From positions 30,938,001-31,002,000 of the forward strand of contig NC_135759.1 of the NCBI RefSeq assembly GCF_052425735.1: a DNA stretch of 64,000 nucleotides, given 5' to 3'. The translations under genes and the position numbers were made by a program. This document shows positions 24,540-35,777 of the stretch, in pieces; position 1 is the stretch's first letter, and every line of letters starts with the position of its first letter. The notes under the pieces were generated by a model, which was not told the origin of the DNA, searched no databases, and saw nothing but the letters and a program-made list of their open reading frames with translations. The DNA comes from Oculina patagonica. Its lineage: Eukaryota.

Positions 24540-27218
24540 CTAATAAATATAATGTGGAATCGTCGAGTCCTTAATATTGAAATGAATATTACATGTTCAA
24601 GAAATTAAAAACATGCAAGGAAGTATAAATGAAAGAGGACTGTCCTTTTGCTTTTGATGTCGATTCTAAATAATAGCTGAACGAAATGTTTCAAAAGTGA
24701 ATATCTTATTTGCGCTTTTCTTATCCCATCGTATATCAGTAATTGTATGTCCATTTAACGCTTCACAACACTAATGACTGACTGGTAAAGATTGAAGCGC
24801 AGCCAGGATGAGACATAATAAAAATTAATAAATAACATTCACTGGCTAAAAATATTAAAAATAATGAGCTTTCGGCTGTCGACGCTCTACAGCCTTCGAC
24901 GGATAAAAATTGAATACAAAATGAATAAAATATATACAAGAAAGGTGAGATAAAAAGAAAATAATGAAAAACAAAAGCGAAGTAAAAATGTGCTAATTAA
25001 GAGGCTATTTTTTAAAAAGAATACAGTATTGGCTCGGAATGGGCTTTGAATTATTGTCAGCATGCTTAGTAGCAGAGGTGTGCCAAGCCTCCAAAGTTTT
25101 TCTAATTCGAAAAGAGCCTTTGTCAATGACACTAGAGTTCACAAAGTCTATGCGATGGTCGAATGAACACGCATGTTTCGCAATGTTTGAGCCATTCGCA
25201 CAGGTTTTTACATTCCTGATATGTTCTTTTTTGCGGGTTTCAAAACATCGGCCGGTTTCACCCACATAGCACCAATCACAATCAGCACAAGGGATTTTGT
25301 AAACCACGTTCGGTTGTTGTTCAATTGGTGGTCTAAATTTAGGGGATGGAAATTCTTGTTGTAATGTCTTGTGTGGTTTATTAATAACTTGAATGTCGTG
25401 CTTTCGAAGAATCCTTGTTAGTGGTTTCGTGACACCATTGATCAATGGAAGTACAGCGTAAGTGTTGGAATGCACTCTTGAAAGCTCATTATTTTTAATA
25501 TTTTTAGTCAGTGAACGTTTTTTATTGACTTACTGGTAGTCCGCAAGTGGTCGTAGATGCGTTTAGGCTTTGCTGTTGTCAAAGATAGAATGAAAAAAAA
25601 AAAAACATTAATGAAAATTTTACATAACACAAGCACAAGGAACTGTCACAGGCCCTAGTATGTTTTCTAGGGAGTGAGCGGGCTTGGGTGGTGCCGAGAG
25701 GACTTCTCGTAATTTGTGGTATTTTCCTTGAAGCTGGGTAGGCTATTAAGGTGTGATCGTGCCATACAGTTTTGGCGACCCATGCCTATGAAAATAAATA
25801 TTCAGTCTGTGTAAAAAAAAACTTACAGAATTATCAAAATGGATTTCTGGGTATTATAAGACGCTCATTCAACTTTAGACCAAAATATACGATATTTCCA
25901 AATTCTATTTCATACCAGAGCCTTCCCATGAACTTTGGCTCGCGAAAGCAAGATGGCATAAAAATAACCAGCGTTTTTAAATAAAACGTCTTTGAAGGAG
26001 CTACGTCACGGACAACGCATCTTGAAAAAAAAAATGGCAAGTTTTTTCAAGTTTCTTATTGGACCAAAGAATCTCTCTCTCGTTAGTCGGATGTCCTCAG
26101 GTTAGACATAACTCGAATCTGCAACTTTAAAATTTTGTTTGGGAACGAGTTTAACTGGCCCACCAATCTCAGATCTCAAAACAATAACAGAAAGCAAAGC
26201 AACAACCTTACGCTGGCTACAGAATTTGAAAAAAAAAAAGAAAATTGGTCACGTTTTTAGTATACAACTTTACCGCGACCACGAACACCCAGTTTAGCTT
26301 CTACGGACTTTTGGTCTCTGCATGCTAAAACCTCATGTCCATATTGACGGAGTTCGTTAATATATTTATTTGAAAAATAGCTCTTACAGTCGTCAGGCAG
26401 CGTGCTGTAGAACCTTTGTAGCTGTTGGTCGTCAATAGGACACATGTCAAGAAACTTCTCCAACGTAGCAACCATTAAAACCCATCCTCTCCAACGTCGT
26501 ATCACTTCACCCGATGTACAGTCAGAGTTCTCGGCCCAAAAGCAGTGAACCACATCCTGTAATTGAAACAATGAACATGGAATCAGTTATGTGCTGCGTC
26601 AAGAAATTCCCAATATTAATCAAGAACGCTTTCACGCTGAACGCTTAACAGCATATATAATGCCAGCTTTGAACACATACCTACAAAGACTAGACTTTTT
26701 CCTCAATAAAAAAATTCGAGACAATGCACGCCAACGCGCGACAATTTATGTTTGCATTTTTTCTTCTGTATTAATTCGGTCTCTCTCCTTTTTTAATGAA
26801 AGGGGGGAGCGGGCTGTTAACTGACATACAGATTGTTAATAATGTTAAACATTGTTGCTTTGTCAATTTGTTAATTCGTACTAAAGTGCAATGCCTGGAA
26901 ACTTGGGTTTAACATTTTTTAATCCGTGCTATGAGGACTTTGCATAGCTGAGCTGACCCTTCAGTGAGGCATTTTCACTCGACGCTTTCTTTGAACGTGT
27001 AATTCGATTGAATTTTACACGTGTAAACACCAATTCTTTCAGGTCAAAGCCTACTAAATTACCGTTAAACGTTGACAGTGAGAGCTGATATCTGGCATTC
27101 TGTCCAACTCTTGCACATATTGAGATATGCAGTATTTCACTTGGCGTCGTTGACAATCGGCATGAGATGATACAATTAAACAGAGTATGATAGCAAGGCA
27201 AAAAATAACCCGCTTCAT
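24319..27218 (-). CDS. Gene B: secreted Cys-rich protein, about 194 aa, paralog of gene A. complement(join(24319..24539,25534..25572,26388..26556,27063..27218))
   Basis: Hand-spliced, GT-AG, phases 0,1,1: MKRVIFCLAIILCLIVSSHADCQRRQVKYCISQYVQELDRMPDISSHCQRLT / DVVHCFWAENSDCTSGEVIRRWRGWVLMVATLEKFLDMCPIDDQQLQRFYSTLPDD / SKPKRIYDHLRTT / SMSEVDKKCAKTLHLSCNSMFVDAVKANRRICDDGRDWLECYNNSVCDQQSAIVRYAKFVGEVVNNLVADCES*. Typical signal peptide (SHA-D). AATAAA at 24241-24246 (-). Confidence 0.9.
24822..25531 (-). mobile_element. 5'-truncated Penelope-like retroelement: GIY-YIG endonuclease end (ORF 25005..25475) plus 3' region, bounded by a 52-bp inverted repeat, in the last intron of gene B
   Basis: NVVYKIPCADCDWCYVGETGR...RKKEH...IAKH...H.IDF...LEAWH is the Penelope-type GIY-YIG pattern. 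24822-24873 matches the reverse complement of 25480-25531 at 47/52 by my count. Confidence 0.88.
25534..25572 (-). CDS. Gene B 39-nt microexon (phase 1-1 linker)
   Basis: Poly-T tract then ctttgacaacAG acceptor; ACCA|GTAAGT donor; in frame. Confidence 0.75.
26388..26556 (-). CDS. Gene B coding exon 2
   Basis: tttcaattacAG|GAT acceptor; GACT|GTAAGA donor. Confidence 0.9.
27063..27218 (-). CDS. Gene B coding exon 1 (not in ORF track, 52 codons)
   Basis: AAAATGA start just after acceptor ttcttgttgcAG (exon begins 27232); donor ACG|GTAATT. CISQY...HC..L shared with gene A. Confidence 0.9.
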
Positions 27219-30099
27219 TTTGATGTCTGAATCTGCAACAAGAAATTACAGGCAATAATTAAAAAGTGTTGTAAACGTGTAGACTTAAAGAAATCCTGGC
27301 AAATATCATTGGATATTAGTCTAGAGCATATTAGTATAGGACTTGTCCATGCCCACAAATATTTTATCCATCACCAGAGACAAAACATCCCAATGAGTTG
27401 AGAGGTTTATTTGTGTCATGTATGTTTAAAGAAATTTAAGGGCGCCTGCAGGTCGGTATCAGACATTCATGGACACAAAATATTACAACCCCACAAACAA
27501 ATGCATTAAGCGTCCCTCACATTTGCTTCCCATGTGCAGGGTCCTAAAGGAGTTTAAGGACCCAGGGCTCCAGGCAAAAAAAACCCGGCTCCACGGCGAA
27601 ATTTTTAGGATTCAAGGGCTCCGTTCCGGCCACCTTCCCTCTGGGAGTCTGCTAGTTGGAGCAGACTCAGAAAAGGGCGACGGCCAGGAAAACAGAGCAA
27701 AGTCTTGATTTCGTGTCATAATTTGAAAAATCGATTTCTTTCATTTTCGACCCATAAATAGCCATTAACTTGTAGTTTGTTCCGCTAGAAGTCCTTTTAT
27801 TTTGTTTTCTTGCCTCGACTCGCCGAAAATTGCATTGACCAAAATCACTCCAGCAAACAAAACTGCTCAGAGAGGCTTGGCCACTACCTATAAAAAAAAT
27901 AATTTTCTTTTATTGGAATATGGTTTCATGACTGTAGTAAAATTCACCAAACCAAAAAAAATCCAAAAATGAGAATGAGGTTTTTATGATTACGGAGACT
28001 AGGTGTTGGATACGGCAAAACTCGACATGGTAGGACTAAGCCATCCTTGCCTTGTTTCCCGGTTGGGAAAAAAACTGCAAACGACTACACTGAGAGACCC
28101 TCTCATTCATTCCTTAAAAAAGTGGCAATGAGTATTGCTTTTTTGACAGTTGAAGGCACAGCTAATCCTTCAAGAAAGTGCAGTGATCAAACCCCGCGGT
28201 TGATGCATTCCTTGGAAATCGTTACCCTACAACTGTGTCAAGGAACCCTCAATTTGTTTTCCTTTTTGGAACCCTAGAAGCATGGCCAGCTTTACAACCT
28301 TTTGGAACGGACATCATGAAATAATACAATAATTTACAAGCAACCTTGCAATACTATTGATGTACAATTCTAGCTTCCCATTTGATTTCCTATTGTAATT
28401 AATTTTCATGTGAGAATGCACTACCCGTCCTGCAAACAACCCCACTATTATATACCCTCGCAATTCATACCCTGTAAAAATCTTTTTGCTATTTAGGGTG
28501 CAGTATAAAAGGCTTAGCTCCACTAAACCGTACCATTCATTAAAACGCACTACCCTCGATCAGGGAAACCTACAAACAACTGCAGTAATCGACATTCGTG
28601 TTGGAAATTACACTACTTAATCTGAATTGCCAACCGACCTACAACGCTACAAAAAAATCATAAGATTTAAAACTACCTGTTTCTGGGTATGACGTAGAGT
28701 GGTTGTGATATGATGGTTAATAGGAATACCTACTTTGAAAAATGTGCGCAAAGGATCGCAAGCTCTTTCCAAGCTTATAACTGCAGGCGACTGAACTTCT
28801 GAGGTGTACAAACCACTAAAAGATGAGAAAGTGTCTTTTTGCGTCTTCGTATTAATATTTTCTTCTGTTTACAAACGAATTATATTAAGCTGAAAAAAAT
28901 AAACAAAACAGGACTATGATGACCATTTTGCCGCCAGCTAATGAAATATGCGTTATTTTTCTATTTTCTACCACTATTGTAATATTAAATATGGCGAACA
29001 TGTTATTTTTCAATGTTTCTTAAAATGGCCTTTGGTAGTCTCGTTAAAACTTTCTGACTGAGTTGGAATGCAGCGTTAAAATCGTTAAAACGCTAGCGAT
29101 AGCTAAAATCAATTAAAACAAGAAAGAAACAATTATATCATTATATAAACGACTACTCGAATTATGTCATTTTCATTTCTTTGTATTTTTCAGTGTTTGT
29201 GGGAAACTAACATCTGAAGTTGATAGCTTGATATATCGCCTTATGGAAATTTTATTAGTCACGTTTTAAAATATTGCAAAATTTAATGTAGCTAGTCTCG
29301 GTTAACTCGTGAAATATTTTAACAAATCCTTGGCAAGGTGATGAGGTGAAACTTTTCCTTAATAATTTTGAAATCAAATTATAAAACTAAAATCAAAATC
29401 TAGTGCGAAATGATAGTGAGGGTTTCGTGAGGAAATGTTTATTTTAATATTTCTAAACAAATTTTAGTTTAAAATTGATTAATTAAAGCGGTTAAACTTC
29501 TCCATCTGTCACTGCAAATAATTGCCGAGTTAGCAAGATACCTTTTTCATTTCTTCATAAAATAACTTATTTGACCGTAATGAAATTTGAATCGGCTACT
29601 TATCGAATTAAAAAATTAATATAACATCTTGGTGGACACATCGGGAACACAACAAAACCTGTCACTTACAAGTTTCTGATTGAGCCAAAATTAAACATAA
29701 AATTTAAGATCTATTCATGACAACGAAAACGCTTTTACTGACATTCGAAAAAAAGAAAAACATCCGCTCAAAAGTAATTAAAATGTGTAACATTTTATGT
29801 CATCGCCAATAGTCATCACTTCGCCGCTTTGTTTAACTTTGTTTTACCATATACGAGCCGAGACAACTAAAAATGAGCAATTTAAAATTGATTATGATAT
29901 TTTTTAATAAAATAAGGCTGAAATACAATAAGTAAGGACATAAAAACCGACGTTCGAACTTTCTCATTTTCCCGTACAGGTTTGAAATCACACATATCTT
30001 CACGAAGGCTATTATGTTAGCTTAAATGCTATTGATAAAGTATAACCCTTGCCGTTTAATGATCTTGAATCCTGTCATATCATTCAGTTTACATGAATA

Positions 30100-30505
30100 T
30101 ACCGTATTTATTCGATTAAGCGTCCAACCTCGAATAAGCGCCCATCCTGAAAATAGGAAGAGTTAATAAGCAACCAGGCTCGAATAACCGCCCTACCCCC
30201 ACCCAACAAAAAAACCTGAAGTGCACAAGAGGAGTATTGAATATTGAAATTGACTAAGTACTACTAAGAGACCTCCCCTGTGACCGAGTTTTCTTAGTAT
30301 TTTTGCAGAAACTTTCAATGAACAGTCTAAATTCTGCTTTGGTACATCTTCACGTTTTGCTATTATTTATTGCTTCGTTACAAAAATGAACTTACTATTT
30401 GCTGAAAGTAGTGAAAATTCAATAAGCGCTCAGCCAATAAGCGCCTACTCTCAAGGTCCAAAAATTTAATAAGCGCCCAGTGCGCTTAATCGAATAAATA
30501 CGGTA
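30100..30505. mobile_element. MITE with TA termini (Tc1/mariner-like)
   Basis: Perfect 23-bp inverted repeat TACCGTATTTATTCGATTAAGCG / CGCTTAATCGAATAAATACGGTA; internal AATAAGCG repeats. Confidence 0.88.
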
Positions 30506-31103
30506 ATATCATAACACCTTTAATAGTTAAGGTTGATTAGACCCACCAGAAGTAAAAGGGGGGCCTTTATTAACAAGTCCAATACCAATGGTAGACAAAA
30601 TAAAATAAATCGAGCAAAACATTTACGTGACTACAGAATCTCTCGGAATATGCCCAGAGTTGAGTTGTTTGCCGTTCTGCTGAGATCCTTTCTTCCTTTT
30701 ATTACATACCGATTGTTATATTTCGTTGTAATTTGTGTTTTTAATTTTTTTTTATTAATTTTCTTTTAAAAAATGAAAATTAGCGACAGATAAGGAAGAA
30801 CTTTTGGTTTGTTATCATGCGAATGAGTAATTAATTGCCTTTTGAAATCTCTGTCGAGGGCACTGCTTATCAGTTAGAGTCAAACTGGTATGAAACATGT
30901 TATGAAAACAGGGCGGGGGCAAGTCCGTTCTGGGAAACAAAATTAATAAAAATGTGCTCAGTTCACTCGCATGAAATGTCCCCTCAACCAGACCAAGTCC
31001 TATATTTATATTTCCTCATCAGGCCACTTCGTCGACTTGCTCCTTCATCGTGTACCCGGCCGTAATACGCCTCTACACTGCCAGGGGGTCAGACGCGTGC
31101 TTA

Positions 31104-31329
31104 GGGACGGACCATTATTATTTTTGGAGGGGGGGGGGGATGAAAAATATTGAAAAATATTGTTTGCAGGGCCTGGAAGAAAAAAAATTTTTGCAAACAC
31201 GATTTATAACAAAAAAAGTAAGAATTTCTAAAAAAAATGTTTGCAGAGGTGCATAAACTAAAAAAAAGTTTGCAGAGGAAAATTTTTCACCCCCCCCCCC
31301 CCCTCTCCAAGAAAATAATGGTCCGTCCC
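31104..31329. mobile_element. MITE with TTA TSD (PIF/Harbinger-like)
   Basis: TIR GGGACGGACCATTATT / AATAATGGTCCGTCCC with TTA flanks. Confidence 0.88.
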
Positions 31330-31584
31330 TTACAGCATTTCTCTTTAAAACTATGAACCATAAGAATGATCGGTAATCAGTCGGTCGTCTGTCGGTGGCT
31401 TGTCGGACTTGTCGGCCGACAGTTGACTGACAGTCGGTTATGGGAAAATGTTCTTCACAATCACCCAAGCTTTCGACTGTTTGATCTACGGTCTTGGACG
31501 GGTAAAATAAAATGATAAAAGTCGATTAAAAAGATAAGAGGCGATAAATGTGATAGATTACAAAAAAATAGAAAATAATGTATT

Positions 31585-31850
31585 CAAATGTTGCTGTTTA
31601 CAAAATTCCTTGTGTCGATTGTCCTTGGTGTTATAAATATCGGTGAAACAGGCAGGTCTCATTCAAATACCAGAAGAAATGAACACATACGAAATGTGAA
31701 AAACAGCTGCCAAAGGCTCAAGGATCGCGAACCATGCATGGTCTCTTGACTATGCCATTGACTTTGAGTGAGAATGACTTGTATAATTGACAAAGGTAGT
31801 GTTCAGAGTATGGAATCTTGGCATACCATGGCAACACCTACCTGGACAAT
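31585..31850 (+). mobile_element. Degraded Penelope-like GIY-YIG fragment with frameshifts
   Basis: Codon blocks VYKIPCVDCPWCY, GETGR, EHIRNVK, GSRIANHAWSLD, IDKG and ESWHT match the copy at 25 kb. Confidence 0.8.
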
Positions 31851-34601
31851 GTAACAGTCATTTTAGCATGGAACACTTAGACAAAAAACGTTAGTATTGT
31901 AAACGTTTTGACATGAGGATTTAGCAATCGTAAGCTACGACAACTTGCTCTAGGAGAGAAAGTAAGAGGGCGCATAAATTCCTTGTTATTAAAAACCTTT
32001 TTAGAGCTATTATTCCTAGCAGTAGCTCAGGAAAATGTTTCACTTGAAAAAACACAGTGTATTTGATGATAATTGAGTGAATTTTATAGATTGTATTTAT
32101 AATCCCCCGGAGAATTAATGAAAAACGCAGGCCACTTGAAATGCTTAGGAGACCTCTGTGAAAAAATTCACCTTGTTATCTTGGTTTGGTGTTTTTCAAG
32201 TGGCTTGAAACAAAATCAATCTAAACTGAAAGCACGTACGTTTCCATCTCGGTAAACATATGAATGAACAAAATGAGGGTATAAATCTGATCGGGTTTTT
32301 GGTATTTAATTCGTTTTCTGTATGAGTGTTTATCGTGTCCAGGATCATGGAGTATTATTTGAGAGATGGGAAATGTTTCTTTTATTCTGCGTGACAATAT
32401 CTATTTCTTTATCTATATCTATTTAGTATTGCCCATTAACTCACATCAAACATCTTTCAAGCACGATACACGAAATCATTTCATGACACATTTTCCATCC
32501 TATATATTCTCTTAAATCATTTCTCTAACTGACTGCTTGCCATTCAAGCAAAATCTCAGGCTGTCTTTACGTGAGTCATATCCGGTAAACAAACAGATGA
32601 CTTCAAACTGCTAATGACATTATAACAGCACCGTTAGATGCATCAATAAGCTGCTTAATCCTTTACTGCGATCACTGCAGTCTTAGCTTATCTGTCCTAG
32701 TGTCTTCGCCAAACTTTTATCCTTTCACTACTTTTTGATATTCTTTATTTTATTTATTTTCTTACTATATCAGTTTTATATTGCAGTCGTATAGAATAGG
32801 CTAAAATAGGCTCTGTGGTTGACCACGGCTAACAGCGCCATTTACCATTTCTTAATACAAACAGAGAGGTTTTGGGCTATTTTCTAAAGGAGATGTTTAA
32901 TTTATTTTATCAGTGTTTTTAGTATGGAGTAATAGAGATACCCTTGTTTGGTGTACAAAACAGCTGTGAAGACACTTGTCACGGGTCATGTCTCTACGAA
33001 CCTTCTCGTTCTGTCGGACTTGCCGTCGGCAATTTTTTTTAACTGTTTTGGATCACAGAAAGTGTTTTCTACTTTTTTTAATTGGAATACCTCTTAAACG
33101 AACGGCATCAAGGAAAATAATGATTTTAGTTTTCTTTAGTTTCCTACTCTGCAACTAAACTATACATTTGGCTTCGAGTTTTCAATTGGTATTAATGGTC
33201 ATCAATGGCCAGTTTCATTTGAAACCGACTTGACCGTCTCACAGGATACAACCATGCAAAGAAATATATGATTTATCTCGGAAAATTAAGCTGCTGATCA
33301 TCTTCGTCTCTCATGGACCGCATTTGTCTTGTACGACTAGCTGTCTCATTGATTCATCATTTTAGTTTTTCTTTTTAAGTTTTTTTATTTACGATTTTTT
33401 CCGCAGTCTCTCTAGTGATAATTTGTAAGTGAATACAGTGATGTTTTCATCTGTGTGTACCTCTATATCCATGCGTGCAACGGAAATTGAATGCTAATTG
33501 GATGATCATTATTTAAGCAAAGCGGATTAATTATCTTCTTGCCTCCAAGTCTCCTGTAACAACGATCGCTGACTTGAGACAAGATTATATTCGATGTTAT
33601 TTGACATAAGGTATTTAGAATTCTTTTAGTCATTGCATCGATCTTTTATTTACTCTGTCGCACCTAATATTATCCAATACTTCATTGAAGAGACGTATAT
33701 AAGGATTTAATCGCTACTTAGAAATTATCGACAATTACTGAGAGATAACCTCTGTTATCGTCAGGCTAGTCTGACTTAAAGCCAGGGTTTGTATGCTAAG
33801 AAAAATGAGAAATGAAGACATGCGTGTTTTTCTTCTTTTGAGAACTGTCTTTGACATATTCAGAACTTATGACCCTTTTATTGGAAGATAACAACCGGAC
33901 CAATTAAAAATTGTATTTCTAATAAACACAAAACATATTTTTCATATACAAAACGGTTATTCGTGTTTATTTTCACGGTATTAAGCTCATATGATGTCAA
34001 CGGTTCATTGTGCTTATGCAAAGGCGAGATCCCTGAAAACCACGTATAGCTCCCCATGAGCTATTAAAAAGGAGTTTGGCCTTGGTTTGGCCGTTATAAG
34101 GCGTGGTCCACGGCAAATAGGCAAATTTGTTTCAATCTGTAACATTACGTAGTCTTTAATGATATACCATTCGCCATTGCCTTTGTCATTATCGGCAGGA
34201 ATGCAATTGTCGGGAAACGTTTCTGTTTACATGGAAACATTTGACCTCTCTACGGGAGAAAGAATCGGATGTCCACTTACTGTATAATAAGCATAAAAAC
34301 CCATTAGCCTCCACAAAAATGTAGCACTTCGTGTTTATTTTCAAAGTATTAGACGGAAAATTGAACTTCTGTCAAGAATTTCAGAGGCCCGCAGCAAATG
34401 GTAAAATTGGTTTCTCAGATGAAATGAAAACTGATGGATTTATAGAGATACCTTGAAGGGCAAAAATCTTTCCGGCTCACTCATCGCTTTTTCTTAGTCG
34501 ATCACAATGATTTTTCTTGGTATTGGCTTATCAGCTATGTGGCCTGTATATCACGCAAACTGGCCGCTTGAAGAATGCTTAGAATGATCTGCTCATCCGA
34601 C

Positions 34602-34609
34602 TATAAATA
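34602..34609 (+). promoter_or_regulatory. Candidate TATA box (TATAAATA) for GPCR paralog 2
   Basis: Consensus match about 220 bp upstream of the ATG. Confidence 0.4.
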
Positions 34610-34820
34610 CAACCTCGCTTCTCCGTTGAACGTCACTATACAGAGGACCTCTTAAATTCAATTTCTTTTTGGCACGTTACCTCAAGGCGTCTGTGTCTCG
34701 ATAATAAAAATCGGATCAATTTACAACGTATCAGTCAACCAACAATCAAGAAGAGACAGCGCCTGAAGTCATAAAACCGAGTTTAACTTCGCAATAGGAA
34801 GACAATATCGAACACTTAAT

Positions 34821-35777
34821 ATGCAACCAAGTGAAGTCGCGATCCCTTTGGGCTGCCTGTCACTCTTAGTCGTGGTCACAAATAGCTGTGTGTGTCTGCT
34901 AGTGTACTTGCACACAAAGTTACGGACCTACACAAATGGATTTGTTGTGTCTCTGGCAGTGTCGGACATCCTCACAGGTGCGCTGCTCCTTCCTTTGTAC
35001 ATCACCGTACCGACATTCCCCGGGACGGGATATGTCGTGGGTGCAATTTTGTTAACTGGAGTTGCCAATGTGTGTGCTGTGACTCTTGACAGATATCTGG
35101 CTATAGTGAAGCCATTTACTTACTATGCTACCATGTCTAGACACTTCGTCAAGTTCATAGTCGGCTCGTGGGTTCTTCCACTACTTATCTCGATCATCCC
35201 TCTTATTTGGAACTCAAAACCTGGTCTAGCTCATACAGTCTACATGTTTTTGCTCCAAGGTCTAGGCGTTATTGTGCCATACATTTTTGTCTGCACGGCA
35301 TACTACCAGATCTTTAATCGAGCAAGAATCATCGTAAGAAGGTTGCGAAGGGAAAGCAGCCTAAGCTGGCGCAATCACGAGAACAAAAACAAAGGAAGAA
35401 AAAATTCAAACGACATGGTCTCCGAGGCAAAAGTTGCCAAAATGTTTGCATTGATTGCAATTTCCTTTATCTTAAGTTGGATGCCAGTCATTTATCTGAC
35501 CAGTGTTATATCAGCAGTCAATAACTATGATTTGGTGGACAAGCTATCTCCAGTGTGGCTGATAGATATTTCACTCTTTACTGTTGCACTAGGGTCTATG
35601 GTCAATCCTGTGATTTACTCATTTTTTAAGCCTGACTTCCGAAGCATTATTAAGAGAATGCTGCGAAAGCGAACTCAGAGGTCATCTCTGAAACACAGTC
35701 AAACCTGCGTGATTGACGTTGCTTTGATTCTGAAAAGGCTAGAAAGTGGAAAAGACGGCAAGGAGACGAATTTATAA
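34821..35777 (+). CDS. Orphan class A GPCR, paralog 2, 318 aa
   Basis: SLAVSD, DRY, SWMP, NPVIY, DFR motifs. Shares RTYTNGFVVSLA and SEAKVA-type blocks with the other five. ATG start. Confidence 0.95.
   Translation: MQPSEVAIPLGCLSLLVVVTNSCVCLLVYLHTKLRTYTNGFVVSLAVSDILTGALLLPLYITVPTFPGTGYVVGAILLTGVANVCAVTLDRYLAIVKPFTYYATMSRHFVKFIVGSWVLPLLISIIPLIWNSKPGLAHTVYMFLLQGLGVIVPYIFVCTAYYQIFNRARIIVRRLRRESSLSWRNHENKNKGRKNSNDMVSEAKVAKMFALIAISFILSWMPVIYLTSVISAVNNYDLVDKLSPVWLIDISLFTVALGSMVNPVIYSFFKPDFRSIIKRMLRKRTQRSSLKHSQTCVIDVALILKRLESGKDGKETNL

Noticed and set aside
25005-25475. Functional GIY-YIG nuclease gene
   Set aside because: No reverse transcriptase region upstream and a non-ATG start; it is a truncated retroelement in an intron.
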